From positions 1-37,942 of the forward strand of contig CAZTOS010000013.1 of assembly GCA_964615185.1 (NCBI GenBank): DNA of 37,942 nt. The letters are read 5' to 3'. The notes below the pieces were generated by a model, which did no database searches, had not been told where the DNA came from, and saw nothing but the letters and a program-made list of their open reading frames with translations. This stretch comes from an uncultured Thermococci archaeon. Lineage in GTDB: Archaea > Methanobacteriota_B > Thermococci > Thermococcales > Thermococcaceae. Numbering within the stretch: the stretch's first letter is position 1; every line of letters starts with the position of its first letter. Made by a program: the position numbers and the translations under genes. Shown here piece after piece: positions 35,362 through 37,942 of this stretch.

Positions 35362-35814
35362 ATGACTGAGGAACGGATAGTGGAACCACTAATGAAAATG
35401 CCAGTTACATTGGATAATCAGTTTAGATTTGTTATTCCAAGCCCGGTTAGAAAGTTCTATGGTATCAAGGATAAGGATATTGTCGAATTTATTATTCGGA
35501 AATTACAAAGAGATGAAGAGAAAGTAGTTATAGTTAGCAGGGGATATTTGATAACTCAGGTGTCTGTGAGAGGTCTTGTAAAGATACCATTAAAGCTTAG
35601 GAAGGAAATGGGGATTTCAAAAGACGATTTTATTGAGGTCATCTTAGTAGATTATCATAGTTTTGAGAAACTCTTAAGCGAAAAAGGAAAATCTCTCTTG
35701 GTTAAAATTAAAACCGGTCCTTATGTGGAGGTTATTGATAGACAATTTGAACAGATGTTACTCGAGAAAGCCACCAAATATTTTTTGCATGCAAAAAATA
35801 ATGCACAATTTTAG
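35362..35814 (+). CDS. Tandem AbrB/MazE/SpoVT-domain regulator
   Basis: RFVIPSPVRKFYGIKDKDIVEF and GLVKIPLKLRKEMGISKDDFIEV. Confidence 0.88.
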   Translation: MTEERIVEPLMKMPVTLDNQFRFVIPSPVRKFYGIKDKDIVEFIIRKLQRDEEKVVIVSRGYLITQVSVRGLVKIPLKLRKEMGISKDDFIEVILVDYHSFEKLLSEKGKSLLVKIKTGPYVEVIDRQFEQMLLEKATKYFLHAKNNAQF

Positions 35815-35981
35815 CATGCTAAAATTACCCAAAATTACTATGTTGCGTTATAATTCTGCCGATTTTTTTGCATGCAGAAATTACTATTTTTAAAAATCAG
35901 CTATCTCGTAGGAGCAATTGTATAATATCAGCGATTTTATTGCTCTAATTTTGATAATTATTTTTTGCATGCAAAAAATAA
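35779..35981. repeat. Array of four GCATGC-centred A/T-armed palindromes
   Basis: 35779-35800 (22 bp perfect), 35807-35826 (20 bp perfect), 35865-35880 (1 mismatch), 35958-35981 (24 bp perfect). Confidence 0.85.
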
Positions 35982-36088
35982 ACATAAAAATAAACAACAT
36001 TTCTGTTTTAGGAAAAATAGGAAGTAGAGAAGTCTATTCTTGAAAAGAAATGGCAAATTATGTACATTGCTCTACAAATGTGATACAG

Positions 36089-36140
36089 AAATATTTAAAT
36101 ATTTAGTGATAATATCACTATAGTGAAAATTTCACTAAAT
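36089..36140 (+). promoter_or_regulatory. TATA box plus tandem 17-bp palindromic operators
   Basis: TTTAAATA followed by TAGTGATAATATCACTA 36104-36120 and TAGTGAAAATTTCACTA 36121-36137. Confidence 0.75.
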
Positions 36141-36154
36141 AGGTGGTGATAGAG

Positions 36155-36370
36155 TTGGCAAGACTAAGAAGTGATGAAGTGAAAGTTGTTGTGACCTTGA
36201 CCATACCAGAAAAGGCCTTGAACAAGATAGATTCTGAGAAGGGTAAATTGTCAAGAGGAGACTATATAGCAAAAGTTCTGAAAGAACGGGACGAATTGCT
36301 TCGAGAAGTTTCAATTCTGAGAGAACGACTCAAGCAACTTAGGGCTAAGGTGAACGGCGTTGCTGGATGA
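36155..36370 (+). CDS. CopG/RHH-like regulator with coiled coil
   Basis: VVVTLTIPEKALNKID...LSRGDYIAKVL; GGTGGTGA RBS before TTG. Confidence 0.78.
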   Translation: MARLRSDEVKVVVTLTIPEKALNKIDSEKGKLSRGDYIAKVLKERDELLREVSILRERLKQLRAKVNGVAG

Positions 36371-36404
36371 CTATACCTTCTATTCTCCAGCGAAGGTGAA
36401 CCCA

Positions 36405-37046
36405 ATGCCAAGAAAAAGAGTGAAGGCAGGACCAGGACGGCCCAAGAAATGGCCCGAAGATTTGGTTCCTTTCTCAATTCATATACCTAAGTCATATAAG
36501 GACAAATTCCATGAAGCCCGCGGAAACATTCCCGCAAGTGAATTCTTTGTCATGATGATGGATCATGCAAATTATAATGTTTTAGAACTGGCGAAAGAAG
36601 TCCGTGAATGGAAGAATCGTGCTATTGAATTAGAAAAAGAGAATTTGAAAGTTAAAGAGGAAAACACAAGATTAAAACAAGAAAACGAAAAGCTACTGAA
36701 GGAAAACATTGCCCTCAAGGAGGAGAATAAGGCTCTTAAGGCTGAGATTGCAGAGTTAAAGAAACAACTCAAAATGTCCACAAGAGATAAGGATGCTATT
36801 GAGCTCAAGCAGGAAATTCATGCTCTTCTTGATGAACACAAGGAGCTTAAGCTTATTGACTTGCTCCAAAAGCTCGGTTATGAGGGGGACTACAAGAAGC
36901 ATGCGAAAGCTTTCCTGAAGCGTTGGTTTATCCAACAAGGTTATTCTTTTGTTTCTGAGGAGTTAGGGCTTGTTATCAAACCCGTTCACGGTTTTGGAGA
37001 ATTGGCTTGGAAAGTTAAAAAGTTGGAGGTGAAAGCCAATGTCTGA
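36405..37046 (+). CDS. DNA-binding protein: AT-hook-like, RHH-like, coiled coil, wHTH-like
   Basis: PGRPKK, FSIHIPKSYKDKF, long heptad repeat. Confidence 0.75.
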   Translation: MPRKRVKAGPGRPKKWPEDLVPFSIHIPKSYKDKFHEARGNIPASEFFVMMMDHANYNVLELAKEVREWKNRAIELEKENLKVKEENTRLKQENEKLLKENIALKEENKALKAEIAELKKQLKMSTRDKDAIELKQEIHALLDEHKELKLIDLLQKLGYEGDYKKHAKAFLKRWFIQQGYSFVSEELGLVIKPVHGFGELAWKVKKLEVKANV

Positions 37047-37371
37047 GGTTAGGAGTTTTGTTGTGGAATTGCCTGAGTCGGCTGTTAGGAAGATTGAGGA
37101 AATAAAGCAAAAGATGCAGGGCAGGGGAGTATCTGTTAAGGCCATGGACTTGGCAAAGTTGATTGAGTTTGAGTTGACTTTTCTCGACGAGGCTGTTGAG
37201 TACTGCAGGAAGAATCTCAAACTTAGCCCTGAGACAAAGGGAAGGCTTCAGGTTCTGATGGAAAGAGAAGGCTTCAGGACTTACGAGGAAGCAATCTCAT
37301 TCTTGCTCGACTTCTATGAGGTTGCCACTCGTAGAAAGCTCCTCTTGAAGGAATTGGAGGTGAAAGCATGA
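37039..37371 (+). CDS. Hypothetical protein with tandem RHH-like segments
   Basis: FVVELPESAVRKIE and LKLSPETKGRL...TYEEAISFLLD; GGAGGTGA RBS. Confidence 0.7.
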   Translation: MSEVRSFVVELPESAVRKIEEIKQKMQGRGVSVKAMDLAKLIEFELTFLDEAVEYCRKNLKLSPETKGRLQVLMEREGFRTYEEAISFLLDFYEVATRRKLLLKELEVKA

Positions 37372-37646
37372 GTTTGGAAACTGAGAAGGCGTTTTGGGAG
37401 TTTGTCGCCCAAGAGCGGGCTCAAGCCCGTGTTGTTGAGGAGGAGCCAGCCAGTTTAGAGGACTGGCTTGAGCAGGAAATTGAGAAAGCCCTCGAAACTA
37501 AAGCAAGGCTCGAAAGAGAAGCCGCTGTTTTGAAGGCAAAGAAAGCCAGAGATGAGCTTCACAAGGCTGAGAAGGACATTGAGTATTGGAACGGTTATGT
37601 TAGCGCTCTTGAGGATGTTAGAAAAATGCTGAGGGAGGTGTTCTGA
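37368..37646 (+). CDS. Small helical/coiled-coil protein
   Basis: ATGA overlap, GGAGGTGA RBS. Confidence 0.75.
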   Translation: MSLETEKAFWEFVAQERAQARVVEEEPASLEDWLEQEIEKALETKARLEREAAVLKAKKARDELHKAEKDIEYWNGYVSALEDVRKMLREVF

Positions 37647-37850
37647 ATGCAGGTTAGGGGTTTGGAAGTTGTTGAGGTTTTGGAGGCTTTGGAGAGGGCG
37701 CCAGCCCTCGTTAGCGACCTCGTGCAAGAGCTCAGAATGCCGGCCAGCGATGTGAAGGCCATCTTGGAGACACTCAGAAGGAAGGGCGTTGTTGAAAGGG
37801 CTCCGAGCGGGTTCTACTACATAAGGAGGGCTGACAATGGACAGGATTGA
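37647..37850 (+). CDS. Small wHTH protein
   Basis: VSDLVQELRMPASDVKAILETLRRKGVVER..GFYY. Confidence 0.78.
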   Translation: MQVRGLEVVEVLEALERAPALVSDLVQELRMPASDVKAILETLRRKGVVERAPSGFYYIRRADNGQD

Positions 37851-37942
37851 GTTTGAGGCAAGGCTTAGGGAGGTAAGGATTGAGGCAAGGCACAGCAAGG
37901 AGAATGCAATTGAAATGCTGACTGACTTGCTTAGAGATCTTT
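37837..37942 (+). CDS. Partial ORF running off the window
   Basis: AAGGAGGG RBS; MDRIEFEARLREVRIEARHSKE... with no stop before the window end. Confidence 0.65.
   Translation, partial: MDRIEFEARLREVRIEARHSKENAIEMLTDLLRDL

Larger units (their letters stand above)
10864..37942 (+). mobile_element. Integrated element/provirus at tRNA-Lys(TTT), TKV1-like organisation; continues beyond the window
   Basis: att duplication plus intC at the left end, then structural/membrane, cargo and regulatory modules with no housekeeping genes. Confidence 0.9.

Noticed and set aside
35779..35981. CRISPR mini-array
   Set aside because: Repeats are irregularly spaced perfect palindromes unlike Thermococcales CRISPR repeats; no cas genes or leader.
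37023..37367. Repeated TTGGAGGTGAAAGC (LEVKA) at two gene junctions
   Set aside because: Explained by strong RBS plus translational coupling.

Overview
Hyperthermophilic archaeal DNA, most consistent with Thermococcales (GGAGGTGA ribosome-binding sites, BRE/TATA promoters, GC-rich CCA-encoding tRNAs, Tfx, DUF432, DUF434). Bases 1-10860 are host chromosome with mobile-element scars. They contain an IS200/IS605 tnpB with its right end and a fucose/arabinose-isomerase-like gene. A cidA/lrgB locus has been largely replaced by a ~250-bp IS607-like MITE. An AbiE type IV toxin-antitoxin pair lies in what looks like the relic of an element once integrated at tRNA-Tyr. The rest is tRNA-Tyr(GTA), mscS, HD and DUF434 genes, and tRNA-Gln(CTG). 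From 10864 to the window end (>27 kb, right boundary not reached) lies an integrated element. It starts with the 3' half of tRNA-Lys(TTT) fused to the C-terminal fragment of an SSV1/pT26-2-type split tyrosine integrase. The element has three parts: (i) a ~14-kb secreted/membrane-protein module (LamG protein, two paralogous Ca-loop surface proteins, subtilisin, many small membrane proteins, HerA/VirB4-like ATPase, coiled-coil stalk rich in N-glycosylation sequons, S-layer-like protein); (ii) an AT-rich cargo region (LEA_2 lipoprotein, DUF3800-like RNase H-fold protein facing a candidate structured ncRNA, PNGase-like transglutaminase-fold protein, GIY-YIG, an unknown 3-gene operon, extended HicB/HicA); (iii) the start of a regulatory/replication module preceded by an array of palindromes. 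Best candidates for something undescribed: the RNase H-fold protein plus ncRNA pair, and the protease/paralogous surface-protein envelope module. All family assignments are by-eye motif recognition; no searches were run.
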